64,000 nucleotides of DNA from an uncultured virus (IMG/VR IMGVR_UViG_3300005680_000002) (IMGVR_UViG_3300005680_000002), one strand, 5' to 3'. Shown: positions 1 through 8,676, counted from the first letter of the stretch. The notes: generated from the letters alone by a model not told the origin. Made by a program: numbers and translations.

Positions 1-59
1 TGCAGAATGGCTGCCCTTGGATAGCGGCGAAGACACAAGGAGAGATTGAAAATGGCTGA
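1..59 (+). CDS. 3' end of small Cys-containing protein (partial; ...QNGCPWIAAKTQGEIENG*)
   Basis: Frame starting at nt 3 ends in TGA 57-59; closely paralogous to 63663-63839 (MHEGCPWMAAKTQGATE*). Confidence 0.5.
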   Translation, partial: QNGCPWIAAKTQGEIENG

Positions 60-291
60 ATGGAACCTGCTGCCTTTTGAAGAAGCGAGACTGAGGCGCA
101 TTGCGACTGACGAAGCGCTGCTCGCAAAAGACGATCATGGCTATTTGCCGAAAACTCCAGAAGAGGCAGAGCGATTCAGCCCACACGAATGGGTGCTTGA
201 AGCGATGCGTCACGCCTATTCGCTTGGGCGCGTTGCGGGCGGACACATGGCGCGCGAAGAGATCCGCAAAGCGCTCGGCGTGAAGTCATGA
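52..291 (+). CDS. Hypothetical phage protein
   Basis: ATG at 52 after AAGGAG; stop overlaps next start (ATGA). Confidence 0.7.
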   Translation: MAEWNLLPFEEARLRRIATDEALLAKDDHGYLPKTPEEAERFSPHEWVLEAMRHAYSLGRVAGGHMAREEIRKALGVKS

Positions 292-1370
292 CCACCCTCT
301 ACAAGAAAGTTGGCCGGCGCTACAAGCCGGTCGCCGAGCATGAGCACACGAGGCCGCACCGAGCCGATCAAGCAGCGGCCGTGCCGCTGCATCCACCCAC
401 TGAAGGAGTTCTCAAAATGACAATCGACATCAACAAGCTGCGCCGACTGACGCAAGCAGCAACGCCGGGGCCGTGGGTCAATTACGGACGCCAACCAAGT
501 GCGGCAGGGCTTCCGTATTCAGCGGTGGCTGCAAAGACGCTGCTAGTACGAGTGTACTCTGAGGCTTACGGCGATTTTGAACAAGAAACGGCAAACGCGG
601 AGTTTATCGCCGCAGCCAACCCCGCAGCAGTCTCCGAGCTGCTCGACCGGCTCGAAGCGGCTGAGAAGGAACGCGACGCCCTGCGTAACGAGATCGCATT
701 CGTCAAAGAGGTAGAGTTCCCCCGGAAAGCGCAAGCAGTCGCAGACGCCTGGAAAGGGAAGTGCAAACGACTCGAAGTGGAGCACGACGCCCTGCGCGCC
801 AAGATCACAGAAATGGAGCAGCAGGAGCCGGTTGCGTGGGCGGACGCTTTCGGCGAGCCGTTTAGACAAAAGAGCGAGATAGACGGAGTGGCTTCACCGC
901 TCTACGCCCTCCCCGGCGCACAAGCACAGAACGTGCCGAAAGCGGTCGCGTATCTCGACATAGGGGCGGGCGGCTACATGGACATCGGCACCGACCTTAC
1001 AGACGAAGAGCTCGCTACCCTCCCCAATGGCCGGCACATGCTGGGAATCGTCGGAACCTACGGCGTGGATGGGTACGTGCCGGCACAGCCGGCGCCGATC
1101 GAGATGAGCATCACCACCGGTGCTCTTTCTGAAATGTTTTTGAGACTGGACGGGCATGACAAGGCCCAGCCCGGATATGAGTGGCGCAAAGGGTGGAACG
1201 ATGCCATCCGGCAGGCTATGGATTATGCGCAGCCCACGCCGATCGTGCCTGATCTGCTGGAGGCACTGAAAGACATGGTCAATTTAGTGGAATTGATGTG
1301 CCCTTTTGATGGGCCGCAGCAGCGCAAGGCCCGCGCAGCAATCGCCCGCGTCACCGGAGAGCAGCCATGA
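288..1370 (+). CDS. Ead/Ea22-like mosaic accessory protein (alternative start ~418 MTIDINKLRRL)
   Basis: ATPGPW...NAEFIAAANP..V..LLDRLE motif typical of Ea22/ead family; EPVAW...PLY modules. Confidence 0.75.
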   Translation: MTTLYKKVGRRYKPVAEHEHTRPHRADQAAAVPLHPPTEGVLKMTIDINKLRRLTQAATPGPWVNYGRQPSAAGLPYSAVAAKTLLVRVYSEAYGDFEQETANAEFIAAANPAAVSELLDRLEAAEKERDALRNEIAFVKEVEFPRKAQAVADAWKGKCKRLEVEHDALRAKITEMEQQEPVAWADAFGEPFRQKSEIDGVASPLYALPGAQAQNVPKAVAYLDIGAGGYMDIGTDLTDEELATLPNGRHMLGIVGTYGVDGYVPAQPAPIEMSITTGALSEMFLRLDGHDKAQPGYEWRKGWNDAIRQAMDYAQPTPIVPDLLEALKDMVNLVELMCPFDGPQQRKARAAIARVTGEQP

Positions 1371-1750
1371 CCATCAAGATCGAGGCCGGTCAGACTCACA
1401 CAGTCGCCGGCTACCCGTTCGTGCGCTGCGTGGCGAATCTTGCCGACGATGAAGGCTGCGGATACCAGACGGAAGGCTGGCGCCCTGGCTGTACGCTCGA
1501 AACCGACGAAAACGCCGGAGGCTATTTCCCCGAGAAACATTACGTCGCCGATGGCGTTGGCTCAATGGTCCTCGATGTCGTTGCGACCTTCAAGCCCGGA
1601 CGCTTCCCCGAGCGGGTTTTCTATACGCGCCGCTGGGTCGATCCAGACGGGCGCGAGTTCGGGAAGCCCAACAAGTTGCGCGTCACCACTGCCGCGCATT
1701 TCCGCGGCCTGCTCAAAGGCTATCGGCATGATTTTGAGGTGAGCGAATGA
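1367..1750 (+). CDS. Hypothetical phage protein
   Basis: Translationally coupled (ATGA) ORF, 127 aa, good codon bias. Confidence 0.7.
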   Translation: MTIKIEAGQTHTVAGYPFVRCVANLADDEGCGYQTEGWRPGCTLETDENAGGYFPEKHYVADGVGSMVLDVVATFKPGRFPERVFYTRRWVDPDGREFGKPNKLRVTTAAHFRGLLKGYRHDFEVSE

Positions 1751-2202
1751 CTCCCGCCAAAGTAATCGCGCGCCTTCGCAGGCTGGCAGAGGACTGGCGC
1801 CGCGAAGAGGCGCGGCTCTGCGAGCAGTTTGGAGACGTGATCGCCTCGCAAAGCATGCGCGCACGACAGATCAAAGACACGCAGGCGATTGACGCGGCGA
1901 TCGAGATGATCGAGCGCCTTGAATCCGCCGAGAAAGAGCGCGACAACGCCAACGCTGCAGCCGTGAACATCGCGCTGGAAGCGGAAAGGCTGCAGTGCGA
2001 GAACGATGCCCTGCGCGCCAAGATCACAGAAATGGAGAAGCAGGAGCCGGTTGCTTGGCTAGATGATGGAACCTGTCGAGCAGGGAGCGATTCGACCGCG
2101 CTACGGATCGTCACGGAAGCGACCAAACAAGACATGCCGGCATCAGTAGCCGCGTCGTTTTCCGTCCCGCTCTACGCCCTCCCCGGCGCAAAAGGAGAAT
2201 GA
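1747..2202 (+). CDS. Ea22-like coiled-coil protein, partial paralog of 288-1370
   Basis: Shares ALRAKITEME.QEPVAW and PLYALPGA segments with 288-1370. Confidence 0.7.
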   Translation: MTPAKVIARLRRLAEDWRREEARLCEQFGDVIASQSMRARQIKDTQAIDAAIEMIERLESAEKERDNANAAAVNIALEAERLQCENDALRAKITEMEKQEPVAWLDDGTCRAGSDSTALRIVTEATKQDMPASVAASFSVPLYALPGAKGE

Positions 2203-2203
2203 A

Positions 2204-2551
2204 ATGGACCACCTGATTGACGACAACGACCGACTGAAACCGTGCCCGTTCTGCGGAGGGGAGGCCACCTTCGACCATGACGACAACGGATGGAACTGGA
2301 TTGAATGCTTGGCTTGTGGCGCCTCCACTAACGCACGAGTGAGCGCAATGGACGATTGCAAGCCGCTGCTGCTCGAACAATGGAACAAGCGCGTGCCTTC
2401 TGAAGTTCAGCCCGCGTCGAGCGTGCCAACTGGCTGGAAGCTAGTACCGATTGATCCCACACGAAACATGCTGGACATCATGGACCTCGGGAGCAATATG
2501 CTGTACCGCTACCGTGCACTGCTCGCAGCAGCACCGGAGGCCAAACTATGA
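2204..2551 (+). CDS. lar: Lar-family restriction alleviation protein
   Basis: LKPCPFCGGEA...C..CGA...WNKR signature. Confidence 0.8.
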   Translation: MDHLIDDNDRLKPCPFCGGEATFDHDDNGWNWIECLACGASTNARVSAMDDCKPLLLEQWNKRVPSEVQPASSVPTGWKLVPIDPTRNMLDIMDLGSNMLYRYRALLAAAPEAKL

Positions 2552-2829
2552 CATACCCACAACAATTACCCGAAAAGCCGGAAGGCTGGACGCGCAGCCT
2601 CATCTGCCACTTCAACTACGGAGCGGATGGCGGATCGGCCACCTACAGCGTCAAAGACGCAGACGGACAAGAGATGCCCTTCGTCTACGGGTACGACACC
2701 CGAAAGCCGCCCGCCAAAGGCTTCAAGCTCCCCGGAGATGAGGCGATTATGACTTGGGAGCAACTTCGCGCCAGGTGGCCTGAGTGGGTGCGCGAACAAG
2801 AGCAGACAGCACCGGAGGCCAAGCCATGA
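2548..2829 (+). CDS. Hypothetical phage protein
   Basis: GGAGG RBS, ATGA coupling, 93 aa. Confidence 0.7.
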   Translation: MTYPQQLPEKPEGWTRSLICHFNYGADGGSATYSVKDADGQEMPFVYGYDTRKPPAKGFKLPGDEAIMTWEQLRARWPEWVREQEQTAPEAKP

Positions 2830-3029
2830 CCAGAAGATCTCTCGCAGTCGCTGCCGCTATGGCGCTCGCCATGTCACAGCCCGTATTCCGACACTCAGCA
2901 CGGCGCGAGCCGAACGACTACTCGCCACCCCGCCACGCATCGCACGACGCCGAGCACATCGCCAAGGCCGAAGCCAAGCGGGCGCGGAAGGCGGCGAAGC
3001 GGGCGAAACAGATGGAGGTCAAGCCATGA
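2826..3029 (+). CDS. Small basic protein (AKAEAKRARKAAKR)
   Basis: ATG 2826 after GGAGG; coupled to both neighbours. Confidence 0.65.
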   Translation: MTRRSLAVAAAMALAMSQPVFRHSARREPNDYSPPRHASHDAEHIAKAEAKRARKAAKRAKQMEVKP

Positions 3030-3253
3030 ATCATCCCGACTTGATGACCGAGATTGCAGAGATCATCACCGACATGCGGCGCATCGAGTACGACAGAAAC
3101 GACCCCATGCGGCACTGCAAAAGCAGCGCGAAGCGACTTGCCGGAAAGATCCTTTCCGATGCCGCCCAGCAGGCCCGCGAGGCCCTCTTGGTCGTGAACG
3201 AAATCGGCTATGCGCAAGGACACGCAGAGTCGGACGCGGAAGCCAAGCCGTGA
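3026..3253 (+). CDS. Hypothetical phage protein
   Basis: GGAGG RBS, ATGA coupling. Confidence 0.65.
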   Translation: MNHPDLMTEIAEIITDMRRIEYDRNDPMRHCKSSAKRLAGKILSDAAQQAREALLVVNEIGYAQGHAESDAEAKP

Positions 3254-3537
3254 TCGACCACGCAAACGAACTGCGGCGCCATTGGAGAAGGTGATAGGCC
3301 CAGCCGTTCAATCTGACGGACCAGCGACTCCGGCAGCGGCGCGTCGCCGCGCAACTGGCTCTCCGTCAGGCCGTAGGCGCCCGCCAGCTTTCGCACGGTC
3401 GGCGGGCGCGGGTCTCCGTGCTTCCCGGTGAGGAAGCGGTTGATGGTCGCCTGGGGCACGCCGCTGCGGGACTCCAGCCCGTAGGCGTTCTCGTCGGCAA
3501 GTGCCATCAAGGCTTTTAGCAGGGTGCGCATGTCCAT
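3208..3537 (-). CDS. cI-like XRE HTH repressor, lacking a C-terminal S24 peptidase domain (possibly truncated)
   Basis: LESRSGVPQATINRFLTGKHGDPRPPTVRKLAGAYG HTH; divergent from cro across operator region; 3' end overlaps the convergent ORF 3026-3253. Confidence 0.7.
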   Translation of the reverse strand: MDMRTLLKALMALADENAYGLESRSGVPQATINRFLTGKHGDPRPPTVRKLAGAYGLTESQLRGDAPLPESLVRQIERLGLSPSPMAPQFVCVVDHGLASASDSACPCA

Positions 3538-3546
3538 AGGGTGACG

Positions 3547-3614
3547 ATACGACGACGTATAAGCGCCGGCAAACACGCGATCGTATTGACGCCGATGCGG
3601 TCGCGTATCACAAT
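3547..3614 (+). promoter_or_regulatory. OR-like region: three 14-bp operators (3547-3560, 3573-3586, 3595-3608) and PR (TTGACG 3586-3591, 17 bp, CACAAT 3609-3614)
   Basis: ATACGACGACGTAT, ACACGCGATCGTAT, ATGCGGTCGCGTAT fit the palindrome ATACG-N4-CGTAT between divergent HTH genes. Confidence 0.8.
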
Positions 3615-3619
3615 GGGGC

Positions 3620-3835
3620 ATGGAAATCAAAGCCGCCCTCCTCGAGATCTCCGCGCACGGCATGAGCGACGCGGAAATCGGCGCCGCCATCGGCGCTCCT
3701 CAATCGGTCGTTACGCGCCTGCGCAACGGCGTGCACAAGACAACGTTCTGGGAGCGCGGGCAGGCCATCGTCGCGCTCGCCGAGCGATTGCGACAGGCAG
3801 GACAGACCGAACCAGCAAAACAGGAGGCCGCGTGA
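3620..3835 (+). CDS. cro: Cro-like HTH protein
   Basis: GMSDAEIGAAIGAPQSVVTRLRNG HTH, 71 aa, divergent from cI-like gene. Confidence 0.75.
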   Translation: MEIKAALLEISAHGMSDAEIGAAIGAPQSVVTRLRNGVHKTTFWERGQAIVALAERLRQAGQTEPAKQEAA

Positions 3836-4074
3836 TGCGCGACGACGAAATCCACTTTTCAAGGCACGCCGTCGACTCAACCGACGAGGCCATGGACATG
3901 ACGTTCTCCATGCGCATCCCGCACGACCTGAGGATTCTGGCGGGGCGCAAGGCGCGTCTGATGGGGCTGTCGCTCTCGGAATACACGCGGCACCTCCTTT
4001 GGCGCGCAGTCGATGAGGACACGCTACCGGAGGCCGAAGAGGCAAAGGTATTGCGAAAGGGTGATGTCGCCTGA
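3835..4074 (+). CDS. Small DNA-binding protein in the cII position (ribbon-helix-helix-like)
   Basis: TFSMRIPHDLRILAGRKARLMGLSLSEYTRHLL; follows cro. Confidence 0.6.
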   Translation: MRDDEIHFSRHAVDSTDEAMDMTFSMRIPHDLRILAGRKARLMGLSLSEYTRHLLWRAVDEDTLPEAEEAKVLRKGDVA

Positions 4075-4155
4075 CCCGAATGGGGCGACAAAACAAAGCC
4101 CCGCTGTCATCGGCGCGGGAACGCCTCGGCGGGGCTGGAGCAAGCGGAGAAGATC

Positions 4156-4719
4156 ATGTCAAAAAAATCGCATGAAGTAAAGCAAAAGCGCGAATGGGTT
4201 TCGCGATCCGAGTTTTCGGAGCAGTACAGGAGCCCTGCCTGGCAGAAGCGGAGGCTTGAGCGTCTCGACGCCGCCGGATGGGAGTGCGGGAGCTGTGGTG
4301 ATAGCGAAAGCCAGCTTCACGTTCGCCACACGCGCTACGTCGCCGGACGGAAGGTCTGGGATTACAGCGACGAGGAGCTGCAGGTCCTGTGCGAAGCCTG
4401 CCACTCAGGCGCTCATGCACTCAAGGAGCGGCTTAACGAGGCGCTCGCGTCCATCCCTGGGTTTGACCTGGGGAAGGTGGTGGGCTATGCGCTTGCCGCT
4501 GCCGCTACTAACCGACTTGACTGCGCCGGAAACGAGGGGGCGCTGACTCTTTCTACCAACGAGGAAGTTTTTGGGGCCGCAGATTATTTCGGCGTCGATT
4601 GGCATGAGATTTTCAAGATCGGGGCGCAAGGAGGGCGGCCGACTGCGCGCCGGCTTATCGACTTAAGGATGCGCAATGCGATGGCCTGCAGTGACCCAAA
4701 AAACGCGGGGTCGCAATGA
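4156..4719 (+). CDS. HNH-like zinc-binding endonuclease-domain protein
   Basis: YRSPAWQKRR...ECGSCG....LHVRH..Y...LQVLCEACH pattern. Confidence 0.7.
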   Translation: MSKKSHEVKQKREWVSRSEFSEQYRSPAWQKRRLERLDAAGWECGSCGDSESQLHVRHTRYVAGRKVWDYSDEELQVLCEACHSGAHALKERLNEALASIPGFDLGKVVGYALAAAATNRLDCAGNEGALTLSTNEEVFGAADYFGVDWHEIFKIGAQGGRPTARRLIDLRMRNAMACSDPKNAGSQ

Positions 4720-5651
4720 GCATCAAGGTGATGTCATTCGTGTGGGACGGGTTCCCGGCATCAGGTAGCGAGATGCTTGTGATGCTCGCGCTTGCGGACT
4801 GGTGCAACGACGAAGGCGGAAGCCTGCACCCGTCGATGCGCGCGGTCGCCGAAAAGGTCCGTGTATCGGAAAAGCAGGCACGACGGATCGTCCACGGCCT
4901 CGAGGAGGCTGGATACATCAAGGTCGTTGGCAATGCGAACGGTGGCGCGCCCGGCTCGACGAAGCAGTACCAGCTAAATATTGCGAAGCTCAAAGCGCTG
5001 GCGGATCGCAAGGCGGCGCAAAAGACCCCTCCCGCCGATGTCACCCCTCCCGCCGATGTCACCCCTCCCGCCGGCGGGAGGGTAGGTCTCCCACCAGTGG
5101 GAGGGTACGGCTCCCATGGGTGTCCCGAGACGGCTCCCATGGGTGGGAGCCAAACCGTCAGTGAACCACCAGTGAACCACCAGTTAACCGTCAAGGGTGC
5201 GGCGACGGTTGCTGCAGACCCCGTTGCCGAAGTTATCGACGCCGCTGAAGCGGCATCGAGCCCGAAGAGGCGAAAGTCTTCGCTGACGCCGCAGATGCAA
5301 GAGGCGTGCAGGGCGACTTGGGAGTCGTACTGCGACTCCTACGCCGGCCGATATGGGGTGGCGCCGGTGAAGAACGCGAAGGTTGCCGGCATGGTGGTCT
5401 CGTTCGTCAAGCGCGTCCCCACGACGGAAGCGCCGGACATCGCAGCCTGGTACGTGCAGCACCCCGGGCGTTTCTACGTCGAGCGAGGGCACGTCTTCGA
5501 CCACCTCCTCAAGGACGCCGAGAAGTTGCGAACCGAATGGGCCACCGGCCGCGTCGTCACAACGACCGCCGCGCGCCAGTCCGACCGCCGCGGAGCGATG
5601 GCCTCTGCGGTGCAGAACCTGCTTGCCGAGTGCGAAGAGGGTGCGAAATGA
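4716..5651 (+). CDS. Replication initiator (lambda O-like, N-terminal winged HTH)
   Basis: LVMLALADWCNDEGG..PSMRAVAEK...SEKQARR N-terminus; internal iteron repeats. Confidence 0.8.
   Translation: MSIKVMSFVWDGFPASGSEMLVMLALADWCNDEGGSLHPSMRAVAEKVRVSEKQARRIVHGLEEAGYIKVVGNANGGAPGSTKQYQLNIAKLKALADRKAAQKTPPADVTPPADVTPPAGGRVGLPPVGGYGSHGCPETAPMGGSQTVSEPPVNHQLTVKGAATVAADPVAEVIDAAEAASSPKRRKSSLTPQMQEACRATWESYCDSYAGRYGVAPVKNAKVAGMVVSFVKRVPTTEAPDIAAWYVQHPGRFYVERGHVFDHLLKDAEKLRTEWATGRVVTTTAARQSDRRGAMASAVQNLLAECEEGAK
5025..5184. repeat. Putative replication origin: iterons within the initiator gene
   Basis: ACCCCTCCCGCCGATGTC at 5025, 5043 and partial at 5061; CTCCC-N6-GGGAG palindromes at 5065, 5088, 5134; GTGAACCACCA twice at 5161-5182. 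Confidence 0.7.
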
Positions 5652-6439
5652 AACCGAGCATCCTGAAGGCCATTGCGGTCACGGCCGAGCTCACCGGCAC
5701 CGAGTTGTCCGAGGCAGCGCTGCGCGTGATGGCGGGCGACCTGGACACCTACCCCGAGGCTGCCGTGCTGCGTGCGCTCGACCGCTGCCGCCGTGAGCTG
5801 AAAACTCGCCTGACGCTGGCCGCGGCGCTCGAGCGCATCGAAGGGCAGGACGGTCGGCCCGGCGCTGACGAGGCGTGGGCGATCGCGCTCGGCGCGCTGG
5901 ACGAGGCCGATACCGTCGTCTGGACGGAAGAGATCGCGCAAGCCTTCGACGTTGCGCGCCCGATCCTCGAGGCGCGCGACAAGGTGGGCGCCCGGGTCGC
6001 ATTCCGGGATGCCTACGAGCGGATGGTGCGCGAGGCGCGAGAGGCGGGCCAGCAAGGGCGGTGGGTGGCGTCAATCGGTCACGACGCCAGCCGGCGCGAT
6101 GCGGCGCTCACGCAAGCGGTGCAGCGCGGGCGCATTGCCGGCGAATCGGTGGCGCACCTGCTGACGGCCCCGCAGGGTGACGGCGCGGTGACGGCTGCGT
6201 TGCTGCAAGGACGGCCGCAAGCGCTGCTTGAGGCGCCGGACCTGACCGAGCGCGAGCGAGAAACCAACCTTCGCGGCTTGGCCGTTCTGCGCGCGCACCT
6301 GGCCGAGCTCGACCGCGCCGGAGAGGCGCAGCGGGTTGCACAGGAAGCCCTGGCGCGCGAACACAGCGAGCAGATGCGCCAGCGCAAGGCCGAGGTGATG
6401 GAGAAGGTCGACGCGCTGCTTCGGGAGCGCGGGCAATGA
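5648..6439 (+). CDS. Replication protein, P-like/helicase loader position
   Basis: ATG 5648 coupled to initiator; ...GRPGADEAWA motif common in this phage family. Confidence 0.65.
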   Translation: MKPSILKAIAVTAELTGTELSEAALRVMAGDLDTYPEAAVLRALDRCRRELKTRLTLAAALERIEGQDGRPGADEAWAIALGALDEADTVVWTEEIAQAFDVARPILEARDKVGARVAFRDAYERMVREAREAGQQGRWVASIGHDASRRDAALTQAVQRGRIAGESVAHLLTAPQGDGAVTAALLQGRPQALLEAPDLTERERETNLRGLAVLRAHLAELDRAGEAQRVAQEALAREHSEQMRQRKAEVMEKVDALLRERGQ

Positions 6440-6660
6440 GCATTCGCGCCGTTTCCGAGAAGCACCAGGACGGAACCGCCTGGGCCAAAACGCCACCGCC
6501 GGGCGGCGCCCGCGGCTCTCGCTGGGAGGCCGCCATCCTCGAACTCGCCGAGGCTGGCGAACCGCGCTTCGTGAAGATCCTCGCCGAGCACGTTGCGCGC
6601 GGGGTGATCGTGTCGCCGCGCGCTTCGGCCGCGCTGGAGCCCGGCAATGCTACTGCCTGA
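6436..6660 (+). CDS. Hypothetical protein
   Basis: Coupled ORF, 74 aa. Confidence 0.55.
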   Translation: MSIRAVSEKHQDGTAWAKTPPPGGARGSRWEAAILELAEAGEPRFVKILAEHVARGVIVSPRASAALEPGNATA

Positions 6661-6850
6661 CATTCCGCGCGGCCCGACCTGGACGCCCGACCACATGCGC
6701 GCTTGCCTCGCGCGCTGGGTCGCAGCCCAACCGCCCGCGCCGCGCCGGGCATTTTTCGAGACATGGGAGCGCCGGCACGGCCACGCATCGGCCGCAGCGC
6801 TCCACGCACGAGCCAAGGCCGCATTCACGGCCGCAAGGGGGCGCGCATGA
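6647..6850 (+). CDS. Hypothetical protein
   Basis: GGAG RBS; overlaps neighbours. Confidence 0.55.
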   Translation: MLLPDIPRGPTWTPDHMRACLARWVAAQPPAPRRAFFETWERRHGHASAAALHARAKAAFTAARGRA

Positions 6851-7059
6851 GCTTCAATTTCTTCGCCGACGAGGTTGCATTCCGCGAGCAGACCGACCGG
6901 CAGGCGCGGATGGCCGGCGTGACCGGCCCGTCGTTTCGGTGTGGGGAGTGCAGCCGGGTGTGTCGCACGCTCGGACGGAAAAAGACCGCGGCCGGTTGGC
7001 AGTGCGCGGGATGTCATCAGGCGCGCGAGCAGCGCAAGACAAGCAAGGGGGCAGCATGA
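6847..7059 (+). CDS. Small zinc-finger protein (CxxC...CxxC)
   Basis: FRCGECSR...WQCAGCH; ATG 6847. Confidence 0.65.
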   Translation: MSFNFFADEVAFREQTDRQARMAGVTGPSFRCGECSRVCRTLGRKKTAAGWQCAGCHQAREQRKTSKGAA

Positions 7060-7730
7060 GAAAGGAAATCATCGGAGCCGCAACGCTCTACCTGGGCGAC
7101 TGCATGGAGGTGCTGCCGACGCTGCCGACAGTGGATGCGGTGATTACTGATCCGCCGTATGGGATCGGCATTGCATCAAACCCAGTTCGGCAGATGCACG
7201 AAAAGCTTGATTGGGACGCAGCGACGCCGGATGAATCCGTTCTGAGCGCGGTTATACAAGCCGGCGCCGTTGCTGTTGTGTGGGGCGGCAACTACTTCGA
7301 CCTACCGCCTTCGCAATGCTTTCTCGTTTGGGACAAGGTGCAGCCGCAAGACTTCTCGCTTGCGATGTGCGAACAGGCATGGACCAACAAGAAAAGCCCG
7401 GCAAAGCTTTATCGGCAGTCGGTGCTTTCTTATCGGAAAGAACACCCAACGCAAAAGCCCGTTGAGCTGATGAAGTGGTGCATCGAGCAAGCCGCAGTCC
7501 CGCCGAACGGCACCATTCTTGACGCCTTCATGGGTAGCGGAACAACCGGCGTTGCCGCCGTCCAGATGGGCCGCCGCTTCATCGGCATCGAGCGCGAGCC
7601 GAAATACTTTGACATTGCGTGCCGCCGCATCGAGGACGCGCAGCGCGTGCAAGACATGTTCGCGCACGAGGTCCGCGACGCCCACGAGATGACCGCGCAG
7701 CAAGCGGATTTGCTGGAGGGCATGAAGTGA
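7056..7730 (+). CDS. Orphan DNA amino-methyltransferase (N6-A/N4-C, beta class)
   Basis: LGDC, TDPPYG (motif IV), HPTQKP, DAFMGSGTTG (motif I). Confidence 0.92.
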   Translation: MRKEIIGAATLYLGDCMEVLPTLPTVDAVITDPPYGIGIASNPVRQMHEKLDWDAATPDESVLSAVIQAGAVAVVWGGNYFDLPPSQCFLVWDKVQPQDFSLAMCEQAWTNKKSPAKLYRQSVLSYRKEHPTQKPVELMKWCIEQAAVPPNGTILDAFMGSGTTGVAAVQMGRRFIGIEREPKYFDIACRRIEDAQRVQDMFAHEVRDAHEMTAQQADLLEGMK

Positions 7731-8089
7731 GCATGGAGGAATGGCTGAAGCGCAAGGAGCTCGAGGCGGTCTTCGGCCGGCACGCCGAGCAGCCCGCCGA
7801 GACAGCCGAGTACACCGGCGGATCGGTGAGCTACTACAAAGCCCCTGTCACCGCGCCGCTGTCGGGGTGTGCGCCCTACGTCGCCGAGTGCAACGACATC
7901 ATTGAGGCGCTGGGCATGAGCTACGCCGAGGGCAACGCATTCAAAGCGATCTGGCGGCTGTGCGCTGCCCGAACGCTAGGGGCCGAGAAGCGCGGCTATA
8001 CGGATGGCCTGTATGACGCCGAGAAGGTCGCGTTCTTCGGAGCGCGGATGGTGGCGCAAGAGAAGGGCAGGCAAGGAGGCTCGGAGTGA
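7727..8089 (+). CDS. DUF3310-like protein
   Basis: YTGGSVSYY...ECNDIIEALGM...GNAFKAIWR...D..K pattern. Confidence 0.6.
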   Translation: MSMEEWLKRKELEAVFGRHAEQPAETAEYTGGSVSYYKAPVTAPLSGCAPYVAECNDIIEALGMSYAEGNAFKAIWRLCAARTLGAEKRGYTDGLYDAEKVAFFGARMVAQEKGRQGGSE

Positions 8090-8676
8090 TGCTCCAGTCC
8101 GTCCGCCGCGAGAAGAAATGCCGCGCATGCCCGACGCGGTTCGTGCCTACTCGCCCGCTGCAGGTCGCATGCTGCCCGGACTGCGCGCAGACGCTAGCGC
8201 GCCGCAATCGGGAGAAAGCCGAGAAGCGCGCCGCAACGATCGAGCGGCAGAAGACGCGCGCCGCGCTGGAAGCACTGAAGACGGCGCCGCAACTCATGGC
8301 CGAGGCGGATCGGGCATTTTGTGCGTACATCAGGGCAAGGGACAAAGCCGCAGGTCATCCCTGCATCTCGTCTGGCCTGCCGCTCGACTGGAGCGGCAAC
8401 AACGTCGATGCAGGCCACTACCGCAGCCGTGGCGCGGCATCGCATCTCCGCTACAACGAACTCAACTGTCATGCACAAGCGAAGCGCGAGAACCGCTACA
8501 AGGGCGGAAACGTTGTCGAGTATCGCGCCCACCTCATTCAGCGCATCGGCCTGGAGGCGGTCGAGGCGCTGGAGCAGGACAGCCGCACCCACAAATGGAC
8601 ACGCGACGAGCTGCGCGAGATCCGCGACACGTACCGGAAAAAGCTGCGCGAGCTCTTGAAGGCGAGGCGCCCATGA
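8086..8676 (+). CDS. ninG: NinG/Rap-family junction endonuclease
   Basis: KKCRAC...FCAYIRARD...CISSG...DAGHYRSRGAASHLRYNELNCHAQ. Confidence 0.9.
   Translation: MMLQSVRREKKCRACPTRFVPTRPLQVACCPDCAQTLARRNREKAEKRAATIERQKTRAALEALKTAPQLMAEADRAFCAYIRARDKAAGHPCISSGLPLDWSGNNVDAGHYRSRGAASHLRYNELNCHAQAKRENRYKGGNVVEYRAHLIQRIGLEAVEALEQDSRTHKWTRDELREIRDTYRKKLRELLKARRP

Noticed and set aside
1..42. Similarity to 63787-63828 as a direct terminal repeat or att site
   Set aside because: Copies differ at several positions, encode paralogous C-termini and precede different genes
4156..4719. HNH gene as part of an intron or restriction system
   Set aside because: Neighbouring genes are uninterrupted; such HNH-like genes before replication initiators are common
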